This document shows positions 49,059 through 63,200 of a DNA stretch of 64,000 nt, piece by piece; the first letter of the stretch is position 1, and every line of letters begins with the position of its first letter. A program made the position numbers and the translations under genes. This DNA is from Macrostomum lignano (Eukaryota), in NCBI GenBank assembly GCA_002269645.1, contig NIVC01001520.1, positions 186,001 through 250,000 on the forward strand. Direction: 5' to 3'. The notes under the pieces were generated by a model, which saw only the letters and a list, made by a program, of their open reading frames with translations, ran no database searches and had not been told where the DNA came from.

Positions 49059-51794
49059 GCTTGACTTGTACTGGCGGTTGGCTAAAACAACCAACAGCCA
49101 TGTACTTTTCGCAAAATCCAGTCAGACATTTTTCCCAACTCGCTGCCATTCCCAGAGGCTCAGAGGTCCATGGACAAAGCCAGAGTCACACGCGCATGTA
49201 TTCAAGTACATAGCAGTCTAAAGAATTGCGTGAATTATGAAGAGTCGCCCAGAAAATTCTTTGTTCTTTTACTGCATTGATTGGGGCAGTGTCTGGCCAT
49301 CACAGAGGGAACTGCTGCTTCCCTTAGACTGGCCCCCGCTGTGAACCCCCGCCTTTCAATACTTGTTGCAGTACAATGCTTTTTTGCTTTCCCCCTTAAT
49401 TTGTTTCAAGCTCAGACAATTTTCACTATACCTGCTACCGACTGATTCCTGCAGGGCAAACTGACCTGCTTGACAAGAGTCACAGACAAATGCGAATTAC
49501 GGATGAAAAATCTTTTTTAAGATTAAAAATTTATAGTTTTTTGTGTTTGTTTCTTAAAATTTCCATGAACTTTGGGGGTCCAACCCCCTGTAAATGAGTG
49601 TAAATGCATGACGAGGACTTTTACTAGTTAAATCTGCCTCGGGACGCTTTTATTCAACCCTTCACGTTTCCATTGGCAACAAAAGTTTCTGGATAAAATT
49701 CCTTCTCACACGCTGATCAAACAGTGCTTGCCGTGGAGAAGCCTATCTATCTGCTGGTACGTCGGCTGATCGAAGCCCAGTCAAGCAGGACAGCAATAAG
49801 ACCCTGTCACAGCCCATGCAGTCTGAATCCGGTCGATTGTTTAATCAGTTTGAACCTATATGGAACAGTTGCAGTTGTAATTGCAATTGGCAAACGTGAG
49901 AGTCATTTCTAAGAAAATCGAGTCTAACGTCCTTCTATTTCAGCAGTAGAAAGACGCAATTTTTGCTTTCATATTCCATCTTTATCGAGAATGGAAGTTT
50001 TAAATTTTTGGCACTAAATTAACAATTTCTTACCTGATTGTGGACTTAAAATTTGCAAGTATTTCGATAAAAGCTAAATTTGCAAGTTGACCAATTTAAA
50101 TTTTGAAAATGCATCGATTGAAGATTGGAAACTGTGAGTGATTTTTTCCTGTGTTTATATGCTTCTCATCACGGATTTTTCGTCACTTTTTACATCAGTT
50201 ATGCGATTTGATTGCTCACTTGATGGCAGTGTGAACAAGTCCTCAGTGTTGTTATCTAATGAATGCTGTAATTATGCGGGAATTACTGAGAGGTCAAGGC
50301 TCATGGGGGTTTTCTGAAATGCTGTGACTCATGTGGGTTAAAAGCTACATGTAGTTTATTCAAAAATTTTTACTCCTCTGTTTGTTGCCTCCCCAGCGGG
50401 GGGCAGATTGCTAGTCCACTATACTAAAATGGTTTGTCCGTATCCAGGTAGGTAGGTGGCTATGTAATTGATTTCAGAAAAACGGTTCAACGGATTTTAA
50501 TGAAACTTACTCCTCTCGATCAGAAAATTTCCTGCGAAATGCATTTTTAGCAAGATGGCAAGTTTTTTGCTTTTTTAAAGCACAGAATTTCCAATATCTC
50601 ACCTTCTGGACTAGTGAATTCCAGATGGAGCAAGCGTGTGGTTTTTTCAATATTGATGCATATGGTTGTCAAGATATTATTGTCTTTGTTTGTCAAGAAG
50701 GCGCTTGCCAGACAATCGTTATCACGCACTGGAACCGCTGATTATTTATCCATAGTTCAAAATTTCTATGGTAATTTACGTTAAGGCAATGACATTCAAG
50801 CAATGACCAGTCATTGTTTGAAATTAAAAATAAAGCAATTTACCGGGATATCATTCTAGAAAACGAACCAGTCTATGAGCTTAAAATAAAATAGTCTATG
50901 GTTGTAAGTAGGAGGCTTCGCCCCCACACCCCCATTCCCCCTTCCCACTCCTGATGGGGAGGGGGAATTTGATCCTGATGAACAAATTGACCAATGAAGT
51001 TAGCTGTAAGTGAGAAAACATGGTAATGGCCAACCCCCTATTGCGTTCTAAGTTCTTTAGCGTAATTTTTCTAGACGCTGTTTTGTCTATGGTGAAACAT
51101 GGCTCTGTATTTAAACTGTACATAGAGAACTTGGATCATCCATCTCGGTCAAAAGACATGATTGCTTTATTTGAAATACCGAAGTCGCTGCAATCTAATT
51201 ATGACAAGCAGGCGGGGCTTTTTTCTTCTTCAGCAGCCCCCGAGAGGAAAATGGCATCTTGCTAGTTATAAGCAGCTTTGAGCCGGGCAGGACAAGGGCA
51301 GAATGGCAATTTCTCTCTTCTCTCTCCTCTCTCTAGTCCAGAGGAAACAATGGCTTAGAATAAAATTCAGCCCCATGCAGTCCAGTTGCCGGGCTGCGAG
51401 GAGGGGAGGATGGCGCCACGACTAGGTGCGGAAAAGCTCTCTGAAGAGCGGATAGGAGCGGGAAACGGGAGCCACTAGAAGAATATTGGGGGGGGGGGGG
51501 ACGCACTGACACGCTGCCCATGTGCCGGCCGTCTCCGTTGTCTCCCAGGCGATTCCAGGCTCCTCTCTATGCTATATAGGAGGCACATTTGCCAAGTAGT
51601 TGAAGGCTATGAAAATCCAACTCACCCTTTGCTCCTCACGAATTTGAGTCCGCGCTGATTGGTCAGGGTGATAAGTGGAGCAGATCGTATAGCCCACCCG
51701 TTTTTGTCCCAAGCCCTAGCTATATCTCCAGGGCAATTGGGGATTCGGACTGGAAGGTCATCCAGGTCAGAGTGAGCTACCGGATATTCTGCAG

Positions 51795-54116
51795 AGCTGC
51801 TTTGCCATACGAACTTCAAACTGGCTGAGCCGCCTGCTCAGCAGCAGCCGCAGCGGCCGCCAACATGCGAGGAGCTCCTAGAAGCCGTGGGCCGTCGCCG
51901 CGCCTACCAGGCCGGCTTTCTCTGCCTGATGGCGCTGGCGGCGGCCCTGCCGGCTATGCAGACCCTGTCAGTCAACTTCACTTTACTGCGCAGGCCGTTC
52001 GTGTGCGCGTCAGCGGCTGCTGATGACCCGGATATCCGGAATAGCTCCGGTGCAGCAATGGCTTACAACTTCACTGCTGGAGTCATGGACGCCTGCACAG
52101 CAAACTGGACTAGCACAAGTTGCCAACGGTTGGTCTTTAGCGATCGTCAGATGACAGAAACGGCGCTAGAAACATTTCAGCTCGTGTGCGACCGAGACTA
52201 CCTAGCAACGGTTGTCAAGGTGATGTTTATGCTCGGCTTTCTGGCCGGCAGCACCTGCTACGGCCTGCTGTCGGACCGGTGCGGCCGCCGGGGCGCCTTC
52301 GCCGCGGCCTGCGCGAACCTCGCCGTCGCAGGCTCGGTGGGCGCAGTCTCCAAGGACGTCATCACCTACGCCGCCCTCCGCTGCCTGGCCGGCTTCGCCT
52401 CGGCCGGCCTGCTCAGCGTCAGCTACACCTGGCACGCCGAGACTCTGCACAATGGCGACCGGTTTCTGCTCAGCCTGCTGATGAAGAATGGCTGGAGTCT
52501 GGGCCTTCTCGCCCTGGCCGGGGCGGCCATGTGGACTCGCGACTGGCGAACCACGGAGCTTCTGGCGTCGGCACCTGCGCTGCTGCTGCTGCCCCCGCGT
52601 GGCTGTTCGCCGCCGAGTCGCCGCGCTGGCTGCTGATGCGCGGTCGGGCAGCAGCCGCCGAGGCGGCACTGCGCCGGATCGCCCGCGTCAACCGGTCGGC
52701 CGGCCGGCTGCAGCGCCTGTTGGAACAGCGCCCGGTACAGCGGCAAGAGGAGCAACAGGTGGAACAGTCCGAGCAGCCGCTCGCAGCCAGGTTGGGGAGC
52801 GGGGTCTGAAGCGTTAAATAAGTTTTATTATTGCTCCCCATAAGTTTCTTATCTACTCTACTGTACTGTGCACTACTCTATTCTACTCTAACCTAATCTA
52901 CTCTACGCTACTCTACTCAAATTTTTCTTTAGACGAATCTACTCTACTCTACTCTACTATTATACTCTACTCTACTCAAGTTTACCTTTCTCGTCTCTTT
53001 TCTGGTCTTTCAGCCTCGTCCATTCTATCCACTCCTCAAGAGTCAAATCAATTCATAATTGCGTCTTATTGTATAATGATAGGCTCTTTTTATGACAACA
53101 AAAGTTATTGCAATCTGGCTTTTCCAATTTTCAGAAGCCTGACAGCCCCAGACGAACCGAATCAGCCTGCAGAACAGAGCGAACAGACTGCGCCGGAGCA
53201 AAAGTCTCCAGCTAACGCCACGGCGGCGCTGCCGCTGCTCAGCCTGCTGCGCCGACCGCCGCTGCGCCAGCTGGCCCTGACGGTCTGGTGCACCTTCGCC
53301 GTGGTCAGCGCCGGCTACTACGGCCTGGCGCTCGGCTGGTCCGACCTGCTCGTCCAGCGCAGTGGTGGCGGAGGCGAAACCGGCGCTTTCGCTGGTGCGG
53401 CGATGGCCGCCGGAGCCGAGGTGGTCGCCCGTCTGACCGGCATGGCAGCGGGCGGCTGCTGCGGCCGGGTATCACTGCTTCTGGCCGCCAACGGAGTCGG
53501 CGCTGTGGCGCTGCTTGCGCTAGCGGCCGGCGCGCCCGGGTTCGCCGGTCGGCTGGCCGCGGCGCTGTTCGGCCGGTTCGGCCTCCTGCTGGCCTTTGAG
53601 GCGGCCTGGCTGCACGCCAGCGAAGCTTTCCCGACGCCGGCCAGGAACTCCTGCGTCGGCGTCGCTTCGACCTCCGCCAGAGTCGGCGGCGTAGTCGCCG
53701 CTCAGCTGGGCCTCCTGGCCGGAGTCTGGCGGCCGCTGCCGCCGCTGCTGTGTGGCCTCCTGGCCACGGCCGGCTGCTGCCTGGCGCTGTTCCTGCCGGA
53801 GACGCGGCAGAGCCGGCCGCCGGACAGCCTGGAGGAGGCCGAGCAGCTGTGCGCAGGCAGCCGAATTGTCGATCGACTTTACGCCGCCGGAGCAGCCGGC
53901 GCTGACGCTTGTCGTCGGCTTTGTCGAAGTCGAAGTCAGCCGCGTCAACCGGCTGGCGAGGCAGTCGTCAAGGAGGGTGTGGCGGCGGATGCGACAGCGC
54001 AGTTGACGGGCGGCGCCGGTTCCAAGGCTGCGGGCACGGGCGCCGGCTTCAAGGTCCCGAAGCTTCGCCTGAACTCCGGCTCAGATCTTGGCGGCGCTGG
54101 CGGAACAGCTAACGGC

Positions 54117-54161
<45 letters not shown>

Positions 54162-54293
54162 TCAAACGACGACTCGAGCCGACGCGTCTCCGACTTCGGG
54201 GAGGATTTCAGCGACCTGTCGGATTCGTCCTCAGTGTCCCATCTGGCGACGCGCGGCTCCAGCGATCCCCTAGAGATTGAGATCGAGCCGTAG
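51795..54293 (+). CDS. SLC22/organic cation transporter-like MFS protein
   Basis: Exons 51795-52790 and 53135-54293 (phase 2). Motifs EELLEAVG..YQ, FQLVCDR, LSDRCGRR, ESPRWL, EAFPTPARNS, FLPET. A 1-nt frameshift at C5 52592-52596 is repaired by one extra C. The start may be a micro-exon at 51410-51425 (speculative). Confidence 0.85.
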
Positions 54294-54339
54294 ACTTAGT
54301 TTTGGGTCGTTATTTGAAAAGATGCTTGGACTAGTCATC

Positions 54340-54830
54340 AGGGAAGTGATGGAGTGTGTTGGTGAGTGATTGAGTGTGTTGGTGAGTGATTGAGTGTGTT
54401 GGTGAGTGATTGAGTGCGTTGGTGAGTGATTGAGTGTGTTGGTGAGTGATTGAGTGCGTTGGTGTGTTGATTGAGTGTGTTGTTGAGTGATTGAGTGTGT
54501 TGGTGAGTGATTGAGTGCGTTGGTGAGTGATTGAGTGTGTTGGTGAGTGATTGAGTGTGTTGGGAAGTGATGGAGTGTGTTGGTGAGTGATTGAGTGCGT
54601 TGGTGAGTGAAGGAGTGCGTTGGTGAGTGAAGGAGTGCGTTGGTGAGTGATTGAGTGCGTTGGTGAGTGATTGAGTGCGTTGGTGTGTTGATTGAGTGTG
54701 TTGGTGAATGATTGAGTGTGTTGGTGAGTGATTGAGTGTGTTGGTGAATGATTGAGTGCGTTGGTGAGTGATTGAGTGTGTTGGTGAGTGATTGAGTGTG
54801 TTGGGAAGTGATGGAGTGTGTTGGAGAGTG
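54340..54830. repeat. 20-bp minisatellite just after the SLC22 stop
   Basis: Unit GTGAGTGATTGAGTGTGTTG. Confidence 0.95.
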
Positions 54831-55129
54831 ATTTTTAAAAAGTTTAATCCAAAACTTTTTTGCGATTTAGCTGCCACAAAATTAGCTGATCTTCAATCGT
54901 CGTAACGAATTGACTCGAAAATTCACCGTGTGTAGCTCGTAGTTAGTTTTTTAACGGTTTAAGGTTTGTTTTTTATCTTTTTCTAAGTTCCAATCTTTAT
55001 AATCTGTAAATTTCTGCTTGTCTTAATCAGTTTTCATACGTTTAAGAAAATTGTGTCTTATGGTACTCGAAAAAACAAATTGCACTCTGAGAAACAGCTG
55101 ATGATACTGAAAAGCATTGCCTGGTTTGT

Positions 55130-55460
55130 TTTCACCGCGGTTCACCGGTTTACTAGTTTAACGGTTCACTGGTTTACTGGTTCACTGGTTTACTGGTTCA
55201 CTGGTTTACTGGTTCACTGGTTTACTTGTTCACTGGTTTACTGGTTCACTGGTTCAGTAGTTTACCAGTTCTCCGGTTTACAAGTTCACCGGTTCACCGG
55301 TTGATTGGTTCATTGGTTCTCTAGTTCACTGGTTTACTAGTTCACCGGTTTACTGATTCACCGGTTTACTGGTTCACTGGCACACTGAGAGTTCACTAGT
55401 TCACTGGTTCACTTGTTCACTGAATCCATGCATGGTTCACTGCATGGATTCACCGGCTCA
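55130..55460. repeat. 8/16-bp degenerate repeat
   Basis: GGTTCACT / GGTTTACT alternation. Confidence 0.85.
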
Positions 55461-56004
55461 CTGACTCGCTGGATTCTTTTTTCAGGTGAGGCTGAATCAA
55501 ATGCACAATCACAGCGGTTGCTAGCAGGGACTAACCTTGTTTTAATTAGTGAGAGCGGTACCCGTAAACATGCTAAGTCAAATGGCATTTTATTGTTTCA
55601 TCAAGTAGACGCCGCGATTGAGTCCCGTATTTTCCAAACAATTTGCAATCTTAGCTTTGAGCCGTTTTCTCCTTTTAAAATCAACGAGGTATGAAATGAA
55701 GATGGATCGAGGACAAAAGTGCATGAACTGGATGTACTTTTTAATTCGAAGTCAACAGCCATCCGGCTGTAGGCTGTTGCTCTAAAATCATTTTTATTCA
55801 GCTTTGATCTCTCAACGGATTGGAGTCTAATAGAGAGAGAAAGCAAAATTCAATTAGGCGCTGGCTAGAAAATCTTGTACTGGTCGGGCAGCGGGGAAAA
55901 TACTCTGCAGTGGAGTCCATAAAATGACAAAACATCCATTATGCATCCCAGCTAGGTAAAAAATATATATACTGATAAAAATTTATACAGAGGCGCCCTA
56001 GTGA

Positions 56005-56390
56005 CCTGGTGCGGAGTTGTCTTAGGGGTAAAGACTCACTGGGCCAACACCCACCATCCCATCTGGTGCGGACCAGTCTTAGGGGTAGAGAGACATTGCA
56101 GCCACTCACTGGGCCAACACCCACCACCCCATCTGGTGCGGACCTGTCTTAGGGGTAGAGAGACATTGCAGCCACTCACTGGGCCAACACCCACCACCCC
56201 ATCTAGTGCGGACCTGTCTTAGGGGTAGAGAGACATTGCAGCCACTCACTGGGCCAACACCCACCACCCCATCTGGTGCGGACCTGTCTTAGGGGTAGAG
56301 GGACATTGCAGCCACTCACTGGGCCAACACCCACCACCCCATCTGGTGCGGACCTGTCTTGGGTAGAGGAACATTGCAGCCACTCACTGC
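56005..56390. repeat. 70-bp minisatellite (~5.5 copies)
   Basis: Unit CTTAGGGGTAGAGAGACATTGCAGCCACTCACTGGGCCAACACCCACCACCCCATCTGGTGCGGACCTGT. Confidence 0.95.
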
Positions 56391-56857
56391 AGCCGACGCT
56401 AGGAGAATGTTATTTAGTTGGAATCCAGCTTCTCTATGACAAACTTACAGTGCAGTACAGTAAGTACAGTACAAAACTGGACTGGAAAAAATTGCAGCAG
56501 GCCACAGAGTCAGTTTACATAAATAGTCAAGTACAATACGAAAATAAATACAATGCGAATATAAGTACAATACAAGGTCTACTTGTATCAAATGCTACAA
56601 TATTTTCACTAGAGTAGGCTGTTCAATCTAAACTAGAATAAGTAGTGTGGTGAGGCGGGAATACGAGTATACATGCGTTAGTATCAGATTACTTTCTCGT
56701 AGCAGAAAGCAGCCGTGAAAACAGTTTTTACGCTGTCGTATACATGCACAGTAGAGTAGCTTAAAAGCAAACAATGTTTGAAAAATATAATAAAAAGCAA
56801 TTTATAACAATAAAATAGTATTATGAGCATTTCTGCATCAATTCAGCGTTTAGATCA

Positions 56858-59240
56858 CCTGTAACTAGATCATCTGTCACTGGATCACCTGTCACTAGAT
56901 CACCTGTCACTGGATCACCTGTCACTAGATCACTTGTCACTATATCACTTGTCACTGGATCACCTGTCACTGGATCACCTGTCACTAGATCACCTGTCAC
57001 TAGATCACTTGTCACTAGATCACCTGTCACTGGATCACCTGTCACTGGATCGAACCTGTCACTGGATCACCTGTCACTGGATCAAACCTGTCACTGGATC
57101 ACCTGTCACTGGATCACCTGTCACTGGACCACCTTTCACTGGATCACCTGTCACTGGATCACCTGTCACTGGATCACCTGTCACTGGATCAAACATGTCA
57201 CTGGATCACCTGTCACTGGATCACCTGTCACTGGATCACCTGTCACTGGATCATCTGTCACTGGATCAAACATGTCACTGGATCACCTGTCACTGGATCA
57301 AACCTGTCACTGGATCAAACCTGTCACTAGATCACCTGTCACTAGATCACCTGTCACTGGATCACCTGTCACTGGATCACCTGTCACTGGATCACCTGTC
57401 ACTGGATCAAACATGTCACTGGATCACCTGTCACTGGATCAAACCTGTCACTGGATCAAACCTGTCACTAGATCACCTGTCACTGGATCACCTGTCACTG
57501 GATCATCTGTCACTGGATCACCTGTCATTGGATCACCTTTCACTGGATCACCTGTCACTGGATCACCTGTCACTGGATCAAACATGTGTAGTAGGGGGGT
57601 TTAGTTCAAGCAGTTTTGCTAAGGGCGTTTGCCAAGGTTTCCGATTCGTCGAGTCAATTATTTAGTTTTCCGAAATCAAGATTAAGCAGTTTTGCTTTTA
57701 CGCTGCTATTAGTAGTTCACCCTCGGGGAAATATCTGAAGTTGTGGGAATTCGAGTCTTAGCGGGTTCCTCTATTAGTAAAAGGCTGTTTAGCCTCGGGA
57801 AAGCATCCGTTCAGGACCGTCCATCAGGACAATATATATAGAGACAAAGATCTCAAATCTAAAATAGAAAATAAGGGAGTCTCCCTTTCAAAAAATTAAA
57901 TACAGAAGCTTAAAAGAAATCAAGGGTAAGTTAAGGATAAAATTCTAAGGGGTAAAATAGGGAGGCTAAGAAGGAGTCTACCACTTAGTCAAACGGAGTC
58001 TACCGAGAATAGGATTATAAATCAGGTATCATAAGAAAAGACTAAAGGAATCTACCATTGGTCTAAATAAGAAATCGGAGTCTACCGAAGTGCAAAACAT
58101 AGGGATTAATTGTGTACATTTCTTTGCATATTTGGTTTAATAATATTTCTTTTGTTGTCTGATCTAAATAATCTTATATGAAATTGACTCTTGTCTGACT
58201 TATTTTAATTTAATTTAAATTATAAGGAGCATTAGTCTGGTGGCAGCGACCTACCAAATAAGATTACGTAATAACAGATTAATAGAGCGAAGTATCCTAG
58301 ACCATAGGAACTACTTAGCCAACCTGAAAGTAAATAGAAAAATCTTCCAACTTAGGCCAAGCCCGGAGTCTCCCGAGCTCAGATTAATCAAATTAAAAGA
58401 AACCAGTAAACCAGTAGCCTAAACCGCAGGTACCACGCTTGTCCACATGTCACTGGATCACCTGTCACTGGATCAAACCTGTCACTGGATCAAACCTGTT
58501 ACTGGATCACCTGTCACTGGATCAAACCTGTCACTGGATCAAACCTGTCACTGGATCATCTGTCACTGGATCAAACCTGTCACTGGATCACCTGTCACTA
58601 GATCACCTGTCACTGGATCACCTGTCACTGGATCGAACCTGTCACTGGATCACCTGTCACTGGATCAAACCTGTCACTGGATCAAACCTGTTACTGGATC
58701 ACCTGTCACTGGATCAAACCTGTCACTGGATCAAACCTGTCACTGGATCATCTGTCACTGGATCAAACCTGTCACTGGATCACCTGTCACTAGATCACCT
58801 GTCACTGGATCACCTGTCACTGGATCGAACCTGTCACTGGATCACCTGTCACTGGATCAAACCTGTCACTGGATCACCTGTCACTAGATCAAACCTGTCA
58901 CTGGATCAAACATGTCACTGGATCATCTGTCACTGGATCAAACCTGTCACTAGATCACCTGTCACTGGATCACCTGTCACTGGATCAAACCTGTCACTAG
59001 ATCACCTGTCACTGAATCAAACCTGTCACTGGATCACCTGTCACTAGATCGCCTGTCACTAGATCACCTGTCACTGGATCAAACCTGTCACTGGATCACC
59101 TGTCACTGGATCACCTGTCACTGGATCACCTGTCACTGGATCACCTGTCACTGGATCACCTGTCACTGGATCACCTGTCACTGGATCAAACCTCTCAGTA
59201 GATCACCTGTCACCCGATCACCTGTATTTCCTGTCACTGG
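56858..59240. repeat. 15/17-bp minisatellite split in two by an insertion
   Basis: GGATCACCTGTCACT and GGATCAAACCTGTCACT units at 56858-57586 and 58446-59240. Confidence 0.95.
57587..58445. mobile_element. Solo LTR (Gypsy-like), 859 bp
   Basis: Begins TG(TAGT), ends (TGTC)CA; 4-bp TSD CATG at 57583-57586 and 58446-58449; interrupts a GGATCAAACATGTCACT repeat variant. Confidence 0.75.
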
Positions 59241-59387
59241 AAACTAGACTACCTATCACTTGTTCATCGGGAGATCAGATCGCAATTATTATTAGCCGCC
59301 GTTCTCACAAATTAAAATGAAAATTCCAACAGCTGGACTTCTAAACCAGTTCTACAGTGCACCGCCAACCCCTATCCGACAGCTGAT

Positions 59388-62300
59388 CTACAGCTGGGTG
59401 TGCAGCCGGTGCTGCTGAGGCTGCCGACCTTCAGCATCTGGCCTGGCCAGTCGGCCGACATTGGCGGCCGCCATCATCTGGCCAGTGGCGGCGCTGAGCT
59501 CCTCGCGAAGCAGCTGCCGAACCTCCTGGGCGAGCTCCCGTTTGAGTCGCTGGTGTTCGCTTTGGCTGAAACTGTAGCCGGGAAACGGCAGCGGCTCCTC
59601 GGCCTGTTGCTGACGCTGCGGTTGCTCAGGCGTTGTCGGCGACTCGTCAGTCTCCTCCGGAGTCTCAATCGGCGCGTGCGACAGTCCGCCGCTAGCGCCG
59701 CCGCTGCTGCCGTCGGATTCGTCAACTTCGTCGATGACTGCCTGCCCGCCTCCAACGGTGGTGCCACTTTTGGCGCCGCCGTGTCGCCGCCCTTTGATGC
59801 CGTATCCGCGGGACAGAGTGCGGATGAGGTCTCGCTTCATCGTGTCCAGGTGTCCGGTGGATCGCTGCACCTCGCGACGTCGATCGTCGCGCAATTCGAA
59901 TCTGGTTTGAAAAAAAGGATGAAAAATCTTTAATACTACTTACTATCAGTGGCCGAGGACAACTTAAGTAGAAGAATGGGACGCTTGTTTCTGAGAAAAT
60001 ATTTGTTTTACGAACCCAAATCAGAGCTATACACTGCAGTATTAAATGAGTTTTTTATGGACATGCGCACACTGAAAACATAATAATATATAATTAAAGA
60101 AATATATAAAATATATAAAATATATTTACAAAAAATAGAAAGGCAGTAATTTTTTTTGGAAACTCATAATTTAAATAAAAAATGCCTTACAAAAAGTCAA
60201 GTCAGCATTAAAACAGAAAAGTCGTTAAAGTTTATCTGCTTCCAATAAGAAGCCATCGCTATTTTTCTTAGAAAAGGCCGAAACTTCCCTATCTCCGTAC
60301 AGCGTGTTTTTCGCTTCGAGTAAAATTTTAAGTATTTTCTAGGAAACAAACTATTCCGCCATTTTTCAATAATTCCATATTGGATACGCATAATTGGATT
60401 TAATTGACTGGAAAAGTTATTATTATTGTTCTTTTTCTTTTATTGCTGCTGTTCTTTTGATGTTGTTGCTTTATAATTACTGTTGAATTATTGTTATTGT
60501 TGTTAGTTGTTTTTGTTATTTTTTGCCATTCGATGCTTTTGTTATTTCTGTTCTCATTGCTCTTATTGTATTTAAATTTAGTTTAAACTTAACGAGGAAT
60601 TTGTAAAAAGAATAAAAAAATAGCTTTTGCGACCGCTCACCTTAAACTAGAAATGTCCTGCTTGATCTCCAGCAAATCGTCCTCGTTGACCCCATCCTGT
60701 CGCATGGCCTTCTTAGTCTGGTGAATATAGCGGCTCACCAGACGCTTCATCACGTCCTGCTCAAAGAGAAAATGTTTCATATGATGGATGAATTTTCGAG
60801 CGGCGAGATGAAAGCTCATCCAGTTTAGCAACTGTTGAATAACTTCAATAGCTGTGCTTGCAAGTGCTGCAGGAATGCAAAGCTCAATATTATTTAATGT
60901 ATGCAGCCATAGAATCAGTGTGCACACGATTTATTGTAAAATAACACTAATAGTAAGAATAGATAGGTATAGCAACAGACGTGCTCAACAGACTCCGAAT
61001 AAGCATTAAAGACATGGGTAGAAAAAAGCCACTTTTTATTGATCGATGCACTTATAATTCTCACAATTTATAAGCTAGCTATGGGACTTAAAGGTGCTGA
61101 GAAATAGTATAATAGCTGGTATATGGTCATTTAGTCGGGAATAGACAGGTCGGGTATAATCGGGTATGTACTCGTATTATAGGCAGTCAGAATAGCAAAA
61201 TATTCGCTTTAGAAAGAAGATTAGAAACTAGTGAAGTGTGCAGGTGCAAATAAGTAGTATAATACACATCTGGCTGTTATTAATAAAATCAAACGAATTG
61301 GTCCAGTTTTGCTTTTGCTTTGCATTTTTCCGCTAGCAACATCTGCTGCAGAGTTCTAGTTTTGCTTCGCACCCTGAGAACAGAGTGCGCCGCTCTGACT
61401 GACAGGAAAGCAATTTTGCCTGATTTCTGCTTTGCCAAAGGAATGACAAACGACTGGGAATTCTTCCAGGGTGTGGAAGCAATAAGCTGCTCAGGGAGAA
61501 AAGATGAATTTTTGTTTTTCGCTCTGTTTGCGATTCGGACTTGCAGCAAAGAGCAATGGAGAGTTCGTTCGAAAATTTATTGGCCACGGGCAATTGCTGC
61601 AGAATTCTGCACGGTTGGCTTAATCAGAATCCATACTCCATCAATGCATTCAAATCAGTCATTTGTAGGATAGATTAGCAATCCCATTCTAATCTGTTAT
61701 CCATGGGGTAGATTAGCAATCCCATTCTAATCTGTTATCCATGGGATAGATTAGCAATCCCATTCTAATCCGTTATCCATGGGATAGATTAGCAATCCCA
61801 TTCTAATCCGTTATCCATGAGATAGATTAGCAATCCCATTCTAATCTGTTATCCATGGGATAGATTAGCAATCCCATTCTAATCTGTTATCCATGGGATA
61901 GATTAGCAATCCCATTCTAACCTGTTATCATGGGATAGATTAGCAATCCCATTCTAATCTGTTATCCATGGGATAGATTAGCAATCCCATTCTAATCCGT
62001 TATCCATGGGATAGATTAGCAATCCCATTCTAATCTGTTATCCATGGGATAGATTAGCAACCCCATTCTAATCCGTAATCATGAGATTGATTAGCAATCC
62101 CATTCTAATCTGTTATCCATGGGATAGATTAGCAATCCCATTCTAACCTGTTATCATGGGATAGATTAGCAACCCCATTCTAATCTGTTATCCATGGGAT
62201 AGATTAGCAATCCCATTCTAATCCGTTATCCATGGGATAGATTAGCAATCCCATTCTAATCCGTTATCCATGGGATAGATTAGCAATCCCATTCTAATCC

Positions 62301-63200
62301 GTTATCCATGGGGTAGATTAGCAATCCCATTCTAGTTCGTTATCCATGGGATAGATTAGCAATCCCATTTTAATCCGTTATCCATGGGATAGATTAGCAA
62401 TCCCATTCTAATCCGTTATCCATGGGGTAGATTAGCAATCCCATTCTAATCCGTTATCCATGGGATAGATTAGCAATCCTATTCTAATCCGCTATCCATG
62501 GGATAGATTAGCAATCCCATTCTAACCCGCTATCCATGGGATAGATTAGCAATCCCATTCTAACCCGCTTTCCATGGGATAGATTAGCAATCCCATTCTA
62601 ATCCGTTATCATGAGATAGATTAGCAATCCCATTCTAATCCGTTATCCATGGGATAGATTAGCAATCCCATTATAATCCGTTATCCATGGGATAGATTAG
62701 CAATCCATTGGAATCACCAGATCAGAAAAGACAGTCGTGCAGGGCGGCATAAGCAGACTAAACATCGCCAGGCAAAGATCCTTTCAAAGGACTCTTAGAT
62801 GTCTGGCCTTACCAAATAAGTGAGCTGCTGCTGCTGGTGCTGCAGCCGATCGTTGGAGCCGTCTAAACAGGCGGCATCGCCAACAAAAGCAGGATTTTTC
62901 TGGAAAACAGAATCAATTCGGAGAAATATTCCCCAAAAAACGAGGCAATTGGAACATTTTCCAGCCGCAGTGGGCATCGGATCGTCATATTGAAGTGGTT
63001 TGCGTGGGGGAAGCGCGTTTGCCTGAGCAAGAAATCAGGGAAAAGAGAGCTTATGGATAATTCCGCTGCGGCTACATCCCCTCCAAAACGGAAGGGAAAC
63101 CTCAAGCAGATTGGCCCAACCTCCATCTTCATGATGGCGCCTTTATTTCTGCGGCCTTCCATCAACTCTTTCCTACTGAAGACTTTGAGCAAGACTTGCG
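59388..63200 (-). CDS. TRPC-family channel, 3' exons only (gene continues beyond window end)
   Basis: Exons 63200-63121, 62899-62813 (KNPAFV...LTYL), 60756-60641 (DVMKRLVSRYIHQTKK..GVNEDDLLEIKQDISSLR), 59901-59388 (FELRDDRRRE...). Phases join; the KQDISSLRFE coiled-coil motif is TRPC-diagnostic. Confidence 0.85.
61668..62705. repeat. 38-bp minisatellite (~27 copies) in TRPC intron
   Basis: Unit GATAGATTAGCAATCCCATTCTAATCCGTTATCCATGG. Confidence 0.95.

Noticed and set aside
50385-50760. Helentron/HINE-like element (AACGGATTTTAATGAAAC motif)
   Set aside because: Only a partial resemblance; I could not define both ends or a target site.
52585-52600. SLC22-like gene as a pseudogene because of a frameshift
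   Set aside because: One extra C in a C5 run restores ...LPPAWLFAAESPRW. It has the same error signature as in TUBGCP5.
56821-59047. LDHLS/VTGSP repeat ORFs, and the two arrays with a spacer as a CRISPR-like structure
   Set aside because: Head-to-tail repeats without unique spacers, in a eukaryote with no cas genes. The central unique piece is explained as a solo LTR.
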